NCBI GenBank assembly: GCA_022813965.1
Contig: JALDZS010000011.1
Coordinates: 1-64,000, forward strand
Direction: 5' to 3'
Origin: Toensbergia leucococca
Lineage: Eukaryota
Length of the DNA: 64,000 bases
Shown here: one piece after another, positions 10,605-22,489 of the stretch
Position numbering within the stretch: position 1 is the first letter of the stretch
How the letters are laid out: each line of letters begins with the position of its first letter
Notes under the pieces: generated by a model
The model's database searches: none
Seen by the model: only the letters and a program-made list of their open reading frames with translations
Told to the model about the DNA's origin: nothing
Position numbers and translations under genes: made by a program

Positions 10605-11126
10605 GTCGATTTGGGGGAGAGGGATGGTTCCAGGGTCGAGTTGGGTGTGGTTGTCACGAAGTACAGCATACAAAGCTGGGAGGGTACAGGTAACGCAGCG
10701 TATAGAAAGAGATGGTGGAAGAGTGGGGTATTTGCCTAAGTGCTTATCGAAGTAAATACTCATCTGGTCGCCGTACTTTATCTAGAATACAAATATCTGT
10801 ATAAACCAACGTAATATCAGCTAGGAAGCGAGGAGCGAGGGTGTAGGGAGTACGGATAATTAGAGAAACCCCAATCAGCAATCTGCAATTTAGATTCGTA
10901 TAGGTATTAGCATTCTTTGATTACTTGATTACTTCATGGCTCGATTGCTATGATTTCACAACAAACACCTATCTACTTGAGACGTATAACACATTGACCT
11001 GGAGGCTAAATGAGTCACACCGCCGGCACGAATATTTATCCTGCACAAGCACCACATGAACAACGTTGCTCACCTCTGCTAAAACATGCCGAAATCAGCG
11101 TTTGACAGCAACACCATTGAACCTTC

Positions 11127-11725
11127 TCAAGTTCTCGTTTCTAAAAATCGCAGAAGTCTCCCCAGTGAACTTCCAACTCTGGCCGTCTTATCACAAGAAT
11201 CACTTTCAACATGCTGAAGAAGAGAGCTGACGTTGGTAAATTGACTATTGCAGGTAGGACATCCAAAGGGATAATCGTCGTAGTAGTCAGTGGTAGAGTG
11301 TCTTGACTGGTAACAATCAAAGGCCAGTTCTTTAATCTCATCACGGTCAATCTGACATTCGCAGTAGCCGGATTCGAGATGTAGGAGCATGGCGGATGAA
11401 GTGACAAATTTCTTGGAGCAGCCATAACACTCAATTGTTTTGGCCTGGTGTGTCAGGCCATGCTGGAAGGCGTCAGCCAAGTATCCCGGGAAGAGAATAA
11501 CATGCTACCATTTTGAGATTTTGGGGAGTATTAAAGAAGGTGCCGCATGCCTCACAGAGTTTATGTATGACAACGTCATGCCTAGTGAGGCGTCTGGCAG
11601 AGTAAAAAGGTTCATCGCAGGAACTGCAGTATCGATGAATGCAAGCTAGATGCTCGTTCGAAACTTCTTCCGAGCATTGAGTGCAGATGTTGTGTGTTAA
11701 TGTTATCTAGTAATCGCGAATACCA
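11127..11725 (-). CDS. Multi-C2H2 zinc finger protein (5' end uncertain; intron ~11463-11506)
   Basis: YCSSCDEPF…LTRHDVVIH, CEACGTFF…, ECYGCSKKF…MLLHLESGYC, GCPTCNSQF…LLQHVES. Confidence 0.7.
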
Positions 11726-12139
11726 TGGAAAGATGAGGGGAAAATGAGGAGTCTGCCGATCACCTCGGAAATGATCCCCTCATATGTTTCCATCTGGCTT
11801 GTGTTTTCATTGGGAGTTAGGTATATAGATGAGGTGGTATCCCATCAAAAGTCTTTATCGAATAGAGAGTCTTTCGACCCATTAGTTAATCCAAAATTCA
11901 TCTATCCAAATGATCACCTTTTCCTCAATGATCTTCTATTCATATAAATATCGATCCTAAACCTCAACAAGTTATGAGCCCGGAGCTCCCCTGCCTACCT
12001 ATCCATATAGTATATACCATATATATCACATCGTCGCCGTCAGAAGAACACCGACCCTTATACTCGCAATCGCGAAAATCCAATCCATTCAATCCATCCA
12101 TTTATATATATCCTCACCTATTCATACATCCTTGCCACC

Positions 12140-12603
12140 ATGGGTCAAGAAGATAATACCTTGACGGTTGAAAAGCTCGCTGGCTCCATCAATTATAAGG
12201 AATGGGCCAGACATATGAAAGTTGCCCTCAACATATCTCGACTCTGGAACTTCATTGAAGGAACGATACTTAGACCACCACCTCTCGTAGCCAAATGAGG
12301 CCGACGATCCAAGAGAACTAAGAAAAGTGCTCAGACCAAGGACAACTTCTATTCAGGCAATAGCAATAAGCCTTATCCAAAACAACAAATAGAACTGAAT
12401 TCAGGAGGACATGGAAGCCGAACTCATGTCAACGTTTTTACCTCATCCAAGACCCCAACGTCACACGTGCACATGATGAAAACTCTCGCCATGCTACACC
12501 CTGGAATAAACAACTCCGGTGACGTTCAGGAACCAAAGGATCTGAAAGAAGCCATGAGATCGCCGGAATGGATGAAATGGCTAGATGCTATGAAAACAGG
12601 CTG
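12140..12603 (+). mobile_element. Degenerate Ty1/Copia retrotransposon remnant (gag N-terminus plus start of RT, large internal deletion)
   Basis: 12140-12298 reads MGQ…EKLAGSINYKEWARHMKVALNISRLWNFIEG (Copia gag motif). ~12521-12600 reads DVQEPKDLKEAMRSPEWMKWLDAMK (Copia pre-RT motif). Confidence 0.8.
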
Positions 12604-13244
12604 ATCTTAGCATATCCGAGGAGCTCGCCTTATGGTCCATACAGGAGTATGGTACGCGCAACCGTGAAGTTCACCGTGACCTAAACGACCTGAAAAGAGC
12701 AGGGGAATTTCCACTGCTTGCCTCGATCTTGTGCGCAGACAGAAACGACCTAAGCTCGACTTTCTCCTTGATCAAATCGGAGACGGATATAACTCATCTT
12801 AGAGCGATCATACAAAGCGAGATCGATACTTGGTTCGAGGATACAAGCGACAACCCCAACCATCCAGCTGCATGGGTACCGTCGATAGCACTTCATCAAT
12901 TCCACAAAGATGCAGTACAGAAAGCTAATCAGCCCAGCAAAGACGAGATTCAGCAGGCGAATATTGCAAGATCTCAGAGGAGGTCTGAAGAGAAGGTGGC
13001 CCGACAGAAAGAGGCAAGCGCAGGGACCTCATCATTGGCTGGGAAAAAGAGGATCGCAAGCACCGAAGAGCCTCGAGGATCAGAGCGGGAGAGGCAAGAG
13101 AGTACTAGGCAGCAACGATTCAAAGTCCTTTCTCAAAATTGCAAGCTGGAAGACGACATGAAGCGCATCAACCGTGAGCTGGCCCTTCTTGACGAGAACG
13201 ATTCATCGCTAGATGAGCAAGGTAGCGAAGATTACATCCCTTAG
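12600..13244 (+). pseudogene. 5'-truncated hypothetical ORF with RNxxxH motif, abutting the Copia remnant
   Basis: Open frame ADLSISEELALWSIQEYGTRNREVHRDLNDLK… continuing into the listed 171-aa ORF; no ATG at its 5' end. Confidence 0.45.
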
Positions 13245-13690
13245 AACTTGTAAGACCCATAGCTGCAAATGGAAACCTTTTGAAACAAAAATCTGTATTT
13301 TCTCTTGGCCAGCCTTGTAGATGTATCAAAATGGCATGTAAATATAGTGATACCCTTCCCAATATCTATGAGTTAAGAGCATTGATCGATGCTTAGAATT
13401 CATGATAGTTTATGAGAGATTTCAGTGACTTGATTTTAGTGATTTGAGTTGATGGTTTGGTTTTTGTGAAGTGTGAACCTTGGGCCGGCATAGAATACAG
13501 TGGCTGGCCGCCTAGAATTTCCAGGTTTCACTTTGCATCGCGAGAGTGGTTCTTACGCGACGCATCACGAGAACAGGTGGAAATGACATCAGCGCCAAGA
13601 AGGGCGATTAAAGACCCAACCCCCCCCTCCGATTCGACCTCGTGGATAGTGGACTGACAGCAACAGAAATTTTTGTCCAAGAGGAATACC

Positions 13691-14171
13691 ATGGCCGAAA
13701 CCCAAAACAAAGACGATGGCCCAACCGAAGACGTCCAAGCACCTGAAGCACCAGCAGAGGGAGATGCGAAACCTCCAGGTAAGTAGAACCCGAGCTGAAT
13801 CTTGTTCATGCCTTTGCATGATTCAGACTGCTAAGTCGAGTCTACGGCCAGGCCTCGGTCTATCCTCATACGGTGATTCAGCAGGCGGCAAAGTCCAAAG
13901 CGTCCTGTCTCCTGTTGGCAAGCCGCTCGGCGCAGGGCTAAATCAGGTCGCCGCCCCCTTAGGTGCCATAATTGGATCTGTTGTCGACAAAGGGATAATG
14001 CAAGGTGGGGAGGTCGCGGGTGCTATTTCGGGAAAGGGTGCTGGGAATATGAATATGGAGAATATGCAGGAGGGATGGAAGCGGACCTTGGAAGAGAAGA
14101 AACAGGATGATGCCTTGCATGAGCCGCTTGGAGGGGAGGAACCGTCGGGTGAGAATCCGTTGGGGTTGTGA
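13691..14171 (+). CDS. Small hydrophilic Gly-rich conserved fungal protein; intron 13779-13851
   Basis: MAETQNKDD…KPP|GLGLSSYG…SPVGKPLG…LGGEEPSGENPLGL*; GTAAGT…CTAAG…CAG intron. Confidence 0.75.
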
Positions 14172-15901
14172 ATTGCTTTGGTTAGGAGATTGGCGCAAGA
14201 GGTAGGTGTGCTTTGTTCATGGGGGATAGGATAGCAGAGATCTGTAGGTAGTAGTGCAGGTAGTAGTATAAGAGTGAATACGACAGATTCCTTCCTACCT
14301 TGAAGGCTAATGTATGAGATCAAACGCACTGTATTTCTTGGATCACTACACTTGGAACAGTAATTCCTATCTCAATACCGGCATTGATGTCTCACATTGG
14401 ATTGAATCTGAATTTGGAAAATTGAAAGTCACTTCAGTTGATTTCTAGAAGAGCATGGAAGACAGTATTTAAGCTACAGTTGATGAGCTCCGAGACGTAG
14501 ACTTACGAAGTATGAGCGTCTTGATTAGTACCACACTCAAACGTGGCCCACAAAATTGCGTCCGTTGTAAAGAAAGCAGTCGGCGGAAAGCGGGACTATT
14601 CAATCAACAATAACAATTATCCTGCTGTTTGGAATTCTTCCCGCCCTCCGCCTAAAAGCTTGGGACGTCAAAGAAGCCTGTTAATCCTAAATTATGCTAA
14701 GCTCGAGATTCAACGAAGAAAGGTAAGAGCCAGATGGAAGCGGCCAACGCAATCCGTGGTCCTCAAGAACCTCAAGAACTCTGCAAGGCTGCATCCCGCA
14801 AGCCTATACCGCATCGTCTCGGCATACACTAGCCGTAGAATGCTTAGTCTATTCAACGAGGAAATGGTCGTTCTGATGACCCTGAAAGAGAGAAATCTCG
14901 GTGTTGGTGGTGTTACTTTCTCAAACCATGAGCGCTTAATCTGCGGTGTAAATGTACATGATCTGGGATGATGAGATGGCGCTCATCTTATTGCTGGTTA
15001 AAGACTCAGTGTGAAGAGAATGAGAGTTGGTGGGTGGTGTGTGGACAAAAGGTGAGGGAACAAGAAGTAAACGTGCGTTCAATTTTCAGAGCTATTCTGG
15101 ATACGTGGATTTCTTACACGCAGAAGGCAGGGACGTAATGGCAGCTCCAGGTGAGTCAACGGCAGTTTCAGCAGATGTTCATAGCAATTCAAGAAAGGAA
15201 TGTTTCGGATACAGTAAACCGTTGACAGAATATAACAAAGACCAAAGTATGAGAAGACTCTGAGCGTGTCAGGGTTTTTGATAGCCTAGGAAAAAGTTCA
15301 TCAAGTCTTAGATGTGCAGTTTGTAGTCGACCAAGTCATTCAGTCTAATACCACGTAGTATCGATCACTGCAAACTGTACAAAGTAAAACAGGGCGACTA
15401 TGAACACGAGAAATGATGTCCAGTAGATGACAGGGAAAAGGTGAAGACGCGTGGTAGGCATCAGCAAGGCGGTGTTGATAGGTGACCTTACCTGACTCCT
15501 GACTGTGACTCATTCAGGACCACCACAAGTAGAGCTGCGTTGAAGAATAGCTGTCCTACCAGTCGTAGTAAAACTATTCAGCAACGTTATTGGCAAGCTG
15601 AGTGAAATTGAGGCTGAGTGAAGAATAACGGGGCGCATCATCAGACATTATCCGCCTCAGCCCTACGGGATGAAGGTGGCCTAGAATTTGGACTCGAATA
15701 GGTGACTTCAAATCTTGTTTCATAAGTAAATACATAGGCACGTTGATGCCTCTCCCAATCTCTACTGTAAACAATCAGACACTCTTCAGTCTCGTCCTCC
15801 TTCCACCTCATCGTATCTTCTCATCCTTCACCAAATCTTGCCTCCGCTATCCATCACGACTTTCTTCTAACCCTCGGTACCCACGTTTCTTTTCCACCAC
15901 T

Positions 15902-18900
15902 ATGGCGCCCATCGAACGCCTTGCAGACAAGCTTGAAGCCCCTGCCCTCGATGACCGGTCCTATAGAGTTATTAGGCTCTCAAACAAATTGGAAGCTCTT
16001 CTTGTTCACGACCCTGAAACGGATAAAGCGAGTGCCTCTGTCAACGTGAATGTTGGGAGTTTCAGCGATGCCGACGACATGCCAGGCATGGCGCATGCTG
16101 TCGAGCATCTACTATTCATGGGCACTGAGAAAGTAGGTATTCATTAATTTATAACGGCCTTTACTGACGTCCTACAGTACCCGAAAGAAAATGCCTACAA
16201 TCAATACCTGACCGCGCACTCGGGCTACTCCAACGCCTACACTGCTTCGACAGAGACAAACTATTTCTTCGAAGTTGCCGCTTCCACGAGGCTCGACTCG
16301 GAAAAGACTACCGACCATACCTCCACCTCCCCACTTTATGGCGCTTTAGATCGCTTCGCCCAGTTTTTCATTTCCCCTCTGTTCCTCTCTTCAACACTTG
16401 ACCGCGAATTGAAAGCGGTGGACTCGGAGAATAAGAAAAATCTACAAAGTGATAATTGGCGTCTGGCTCAGCTCAACAAATCCCTCTCAAATCCTCAGCA
16501 TCCTTACCATCACTTTTCAACCGGCAACCTGGAAACACTTCGTGATGAACCGAGAAAACGGGGAGTAGACATAAGACAAGAGTTTATCGGTTTCCATGAC
16601 AAGCATTACTCGGCAAATCGCATGAAGTTGGTTGTGCTAGGACGAGAGCCATTGGGTATACTGGAGTCATGGGTTGGAGATTTGTTTGCTGGAGTTCGAA
16701 ATAAGGATCTTCCTGAAAATCGATGGGACGGAGTACAGCCATATTCAGATAAGGAAGTGCTCACCCAAGTCTTTGCCAAACCTGTCATGGATTCACGGTC
16801 ATTGGACATTTACTTTGGCTTCGAGGATGAGACGGACATGTATGAGGCTCAACCAAGCCGTTACATAAGTCATTTGATTGGCCATGAAGGTCCGGGAAGT
16901 ATCTTAGCTTATATCAAAGCTAAAGGATGGGCCAATGGATTATCTGCCGGCGCAATGCCCCTGTGCCCTGGATCTGCCTTCTTCACAATATCGATTCGTC
17001 TGACCGAGGATGGTCTGAGGGAGTACAAGGAAATTGTAAAGGTCGTCTTTCAATATATTTCATTGATAAAAGAGTCTCCTCCCCAGAGATGGATCGTCGA
17101 TGAAGTCAAGGGTATGGCTGAGGTTGACTTTCGATATCAACAGAAGAGTCCTGCCAGTTCCTTCACAAGTGCGATCAGCAGCATCATGCAAAAGCCATTA
17201 CCCCGAGAATGGCTTCTCAGTGGTTCAAGACTGATTCGAAAATTCGACTCAGAAGCTATTAGTGAAGCCTTATCATACCTAAGACCAGACAACTATAGAT
17301 TGACTATTGTCAGCAAAGATTTTCCGGGTGATTGGGATCAAAATGAAAAGTGGTATGGAACTGAGTATCGGACAGAACGCATCGACCCTGACTTTGAAGC
17401 GGCGGTGAGAAAAGCTTCACAGAGCACTAAACATGATAGACTTCCAGAACTTTTCCTACCACACATTAATGAATTTATTCCAACAAAGTTGACTGTTGAG
17501 AAAAAGGAGATTGCAGAGCCAATGAAGGCTCCGAGGTTAATACGTAATGATGAAGCTGTTCGAACATGGTGGAAAAAGGACGATCGATTCTGGGTACCAA
17601 AAGCGAATATCTTCGTTACTCTGAGAAATCCTCTGGAATCTGCCACTCCGGGAAATTCTGTCAAGGCCACGCTGTATTGCGAGCTCGTCAAGGATGCTCT
17701 GGTTGAATACTCCTATGATGCTGAGATCGCAGGACTTACCTACGGGCTTGGAAGTTATGGCGTCGGTCTCGATATTGACGTGAGCGGTTATAGTGATAAG
17801 ATGCATGTACTGTTGGAAAAAGTGCTTGTTAGCATGCGAGATCTTGTGGTCAAGCCTGATAGATTCAAGATTGTCAAGGAGCGATTGCAAAGAGGATATC
17901 GAAATTGGGATTTTCAACAACCCTATCACCAGGTCGGTGACTTTACCAGATGGTTGGGAGCAGAGAAAGGATGGATCAACCAAGATTATCTAGCCGAATT
18001 ACCACATCTTACTGTCGAAGAAATCTCAAGCTTCTATCCGCAACTCCTCCGTCAGGTACATATCGAAGTCCTGGCTCATGGCAACATCTACAAAGAAGAT
18101 GCACTCCGAATTACGAATCTTATTGAGTCAACACTACGACCTCGTCCACTCCCTCAATCGCAATGGCAGGTATTCCGTAATCTAATTCTCCCGGAGGGAA
18201 GCGATTTTACCTACCGACGGCCGCTGGGAGATCCTGCAAATGTGAACCACTGTATAGAATACTACCTTTTTGTCGGGAGTCTCACAGATCGGGTTCTAAA
18301 GGCCAAGCTTATACTTTTAGCCCAACTCACAGATGAAGCTGGCTTTGATCAGCTTCGAACAAAGGAACAACTCGGCTACGTCGTCTTCACTGGCTCAAGA
18401 TCGGCAGCATCAACAATGGGATACCGGGTTATCATCCAATCTGAACGATCTCCAGAGTATCTAGAAACCAGAATCAACGCCTTTCTCGCTTCCTTTGGCA
18501 AATCACTCGATCGAATGCCTGACGAAGAATTCGAAAGCCATAAGCAGAGTCTGATTACCAAGCGACTAGAAAAGCTCAAGAATCTCGATCAGGAGAGCAG
18601 CCGGTTCTGGAATCACATCAGTAACGAGTACTTTGACTTTTCAAAAAACGAAACAGATGTCGCTCACCTGAAACCCCTCACCAAATCCGACCTTGTCGAA
18701 TTTTTTAATTACTACATCCACCCCGTCTCATCCACTCGCGCCAAACTCTCAATCCACATGATTGCCCAATCAGGAATCCAGTCCGCAGCTGGTAGCATGT
18801 CAAGCGGGGAGCAAAAAGAAAAAGTCCTTGGCTCTTTGAAGAAATACCTAACAGCAACGGGTGTAGCTGTTGACGTGGAAAAGCTCACTAAACGCTTTGC

Positions 18901-19237
18901 AACCATTGACGTCGCAGGCGGCGATCGAGCCGGCATCACTGAAGCCGTTGGAGCCTATCTCCAAGAAGACATGGCAATCCCGAAGGAGCAATCCCAGCAG
19001 ATCATCTCCCAAGGCCAAAGCTTGCTCTCGACCGTACTTCCGAGCCTGGGTATTGAGACCCCTCCACTTGTTGATGGTGGCGAGGAAAAGGCCGAGGAAT
19101 TCCCAGAGGCGCCTCCTGTCAAGGTGACGACGTTTGTGGAGAATGTGCATGAGTATAAGGCTATGTTGGAGGTGAGCGCGGGACCGAGGCCTGTGACTGA
19201 GTTGAGCGAGTTTGAGGATGTGGAACCAAAGTTATGA
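15902..19237 (+). CDS. STE23: Insulysin-family M16A metallopeptidase (Ste23/IDE); intron 16133-16177; upstream in-frame ATG at 15746
   Basis: Inverted zincin HAVEH motif (GMAHAVEHLLFMGTEKYP), DRSYRVIRL, RELKAVDSE, HLIGHEGPGS, FDQLRTKEQLGY. Confidence 0.95.
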
Positions 19238-19349
19238 GCGTGGAGGGGTGCATAGAAGGGAGTGTTTAGGAGGAGGAGTCTGGATAGATTTGCATAGGCT
19301 GGCGTGCATCGGCTTCCTGTTTCGATTTTGGAGCCTTTTTTTTTCATCC

Positions 19350-20990
19350 CTTCGTCTCATGAGCTCATGTTCGCTACCTAGTAATGTCATAGCATTGCGT
19401 TGGCGTCCGTTGGGTTGGGTTAGTCGGGGTCTTGGCGGCTACTAAAATACAAATCCTCGCTCCTAATCAGTCAATTCATCAATGTCTATTTGAGCCCCCT
19501 TTTTTTGATTATCGCTCTTTGGCACTTGAGTGGGGTTGTTGAGTGTGCGTGCTTGTGCGTGATTGATGCAAATGAGGAGGTCAATTGTTTTGGCATGGCA
19601 AGTGAGGCTGCGAGGTTGCTCTTTTTTATTTGTTTTTTTTTGTTTTTTTGGGGGGGGGGCGCAAGTTCTAGTCGGGCTTTTGGGTGGAGAGGTTTTGTCC
19701 TTGGTGGGAGTGGAGGGAGAGGAAAAGGAAGAAAGAAGAAAGAGAGTTTGAGGAGAGGATGTAGAGGAGAGGTATGTTTTTCTTGTTTTTCTGCATGCGT
19801 GATCAATTCTCCGAATAGGCTTCTGACGAGAGTAGGCAGGTCTTTCATATCCTGCATCTTTTTCCCCGATAAGGCTACTTTTTCCTTTCCCCACGCCGCA
19901 GACTTGTCACGCAGATCTTCGCTCGTATCGAGATAATGCAGTTGGTTGATATGGTCAATCAACCAAAATTCCATCCCACATCAAAAGATCTGAACGAGTC
20001 GACTCGAGTTGATGAATCAAGTCGAAGCTCTGTTTAGGGGTGGGGTCCCGGCAATGGAGGGCGGGGGGTTTCTAGGGCCCGGATGGAAGACTGGCTGTGG
20101 GGAAAGGAAGGGGGGGGGAGGGTTGGAGCGGGGACGGGGTGTTCAGTGTGGGTTTGGGATGGGAATAGCAGCGCTGGCTGGGAACAGAAGAGGAAAGAAA
20201 AGAGGAAGAAAAGAAATGGAGGAAAGCTGCTTGCTGGGGAGTATACACCAGAGATCTTACAAGCTTCTTTCCACACACTTCTCTCTCTCCACCAAGCTCC
20301 TTTCTTAACCATCCCCTCGAAACAGCGCCCCCCCGCCGGCCCAACGTTTTCCTTGCATTCCTTGCCTTCCTTACTCTCAAACACTATCTCACATCCTCCC
20401 CCCTCGACTAGCCAAAAACAGAAAAAGATTCAGAAAATGTATGAGCATGAGAGAGAGAGCTGGCTGTGAGGAGGCTATGATATTCGTTTTTCTGGTTTTG
20501 AGATTTTGGGATTTGTGAATGGAGGCTTGAGGGAGGGAGAGTTTGGCGAAGGGGGGTTTGTCAATGGTTGTTAGATTGAGGAAGTGAGTAGGGAAGGGGG
20601 AGGGGTGTGATGGGGTAGAAGGTTAGGGTTTGATTGAGGGTGGGGTGAGGAGTTGAGGGAGCGAGGGGGTGAGGGATGCCTAGGGTATGGATTTAATTTA
20701 CTTTTCCACCGAAAGCGCGAAGGGAGTGAGATTTTACGGAACAGATTGAGATAGGTAGAACATGATCGTTCACCTGATACTATTTTTTCCCTTTCTCTCG
20801 TTGATAGATAGTGATGTGCAGATATCTTCAAAACCGACCTTTACTCTACTTGCCTGGTTCTATTTGATGCGAGACTTCTGGGCTTGAGAGAGTGGAGTTG
20901 GGTTGTCTGGATAGACTCGGCTGAGAAATGTCGGTTGCTATGTTGGAGATGATAGCACGCATTATGATAGATAGGGTGCTACACATTGCC
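19350..20990 (+). ncRNA. TER: Putative telomerase RNA (ends approximate)
   Basis: Non-coding ~1.6 kb interval. P1 19364-19372/20443-20451; boundary hairpin 19379-19444; template-like 19452-19468; P2a 19745-19762/20391-20409; P2b 19772-19776/19794-19798; U-rich loop 19777-19793 pairing with A-rich 20414-20427. Confidence 0.65.
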
Positions 20991-21061
20991 TAGCAGGTCC
21001 AGCAGTATTCGCAGCAAAAAAGGTAGAATGCCGTACCAAAATTCATATGCAAGAATTGAGG

Positions 21062-22489
21062 CTAGCTACCAAAAGCAGCAACCCACCAAGTAACGCCGCC
21101 ATTAGCCCCATCAACGCTGAATTGGCCTCCTTGCAGATTATCCGGTTCGCCATCAATGCCTACTTATCATTAGCATTGATCACCAAAAGAGACCCGACTC
21201 CCGTTTCAGAGGAAACACTCACATCCACCGCCCGTCCAGCCATTACTAGCTGGTAAGACCTGATTAATACTGTTGAGCATCAATTTACAATTCGTACCGT
21301 CATCAGCATTGAGTTTAAATGGCACTTTCGGAGCTGGTGTGGGGGAACCGTTGGGATTGGGGGCATTGGACCACTCGACGCCGACTTCCATGTAAAAGTG
21401 CCCGCTGCTCTGGGATTGATTGGAGATGTTGCCGGCGTGGGAGCCAAGAATGAGAGATTGCTTGCAAAAGGCATCTATGGCTGCGTTACCTTGGTCGAGG
21501 GTGAAATCGGTGTTTCCTTTGTCGTCGAGCGAGCTGTCCGTGCTGCATTTGTACGCTCCTTGGTCGGCTTGCGAGATGTCAAAGGCGACAGCTGCTGCTG
21601 TATGTGTAGGCGTGACGGAACTTGAAGAAGTTGCTGCAGATGTTCCGGTCGCACCTGTGCCGACTGCTCCCCCGAGAGGTGGAAGTCCGGCTAAACCTGT
21701 AGCTTGAGCAAGCCCACTTGATCCAAACCCTGAGCCTGAGCCTCCGATTGGTAAGAGCCCACCTAGGTCTGTAGCTTGAGTAGACCCACTTGATCCAAGT
21801 CCTGAGTTGAGTCCCCCTAGAGGTGAAAGTCCACCTAGACCCGTAGCCTGCGCAAATCCAGACGATCCAGATCCTGAACCCAAACCTCCGAGTGGTAAGA
21901 GCCCACCAAGACCCGTGACTTGAGCAGACCCACTTGATCCGAATCCCGAATATTGTCCCCCCAGTGGAGCAAGACCGCCGAGCCCTGTAGCCTGAGCAAA
22001 TCCGCTTGATCCAACCCCGGAACTTAGTGGGCCAAGCCCACCTAGACCTGTGGCTGAAGCATATCCACCAAGTTTCCCAGTCCCGGAAGCTTGACCTCCG
22101 AGCGGTAGAAGACCACCTAGAAGTCCAGTTCCTGAAGCCTGCGCGAACCCAGCACTCGTCCCGGAAGCTTGACTTCCTAGAGGCAGAAGACCGCCTAAAC
22201 CTCCAGTCCCCGAGGGCTGCGCAAATCCAGCGCCAGTGCCTGAAGCAGGCCCTCCAAGAGGTGGAAGGGCACCTAAATTTGTGGTTTGGACCGAACCACT
22301 TTGTCCAGTTCCCGAGAGTGCTTCAGCCAAAGGTGAAAGCCCACCCAAATCGGCAGCTCCGGAAGATTCTGCAGGGGTATTCTGGGTTGTGGATTTTGGG
22401 GCAACACCTAAAGGAGGAATAGTACCTTGTGGTGCAGCAAACGAGCGTAGGATCAAGCCTGCGATGATGCATATTTCATGGCCTCGCAT
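21062..22489 (-). CDS. Secreted Gly/Ser-rich repeat protein with C-terminal Cys-containing globular domain; short 3' intron ~21162-21222
   Basis: Signal peptide; ~11 copies of an ~18-22-aa (AQATG)LGGLxPLGG repeat; YKC…AAIDAFC…MEVGVEW…NCKLML domain; spliced end …QGGQFSVDGANGGVTWWVAAFGS*. Confidence 0.8.

Noticed and set aside
10822..10841. AGGAGCGAGG matching part of the predicted 13-nt telomere repeat
   Set aside because: A single 10-nt match, not tandem; compatible with chance.
14400..15450. ORFs 14543-14971 and 15027-15263
   Set aside because: Non-ATG starts, no recognisable motif; at most a decayed gene.
20621..20630. AACCCTAACC on the minus strand as a canonical TTAGGG template
   Set aside because: The pseudoknot order (U-rich loop inside P2, A-rich strand last) and most G-U pairs fit the + strand, and the match lies in a low-complexity G-rich tract. 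It remains the alternative to test if telomeres prove to be TTAGGG.
19463..20831. Several 60-160 aa ORFs on both strands
   Set aside because: Low-complexity translations of homopolymer and purine/pyrimidine tracts, mostly non-ATG starts, no domains.
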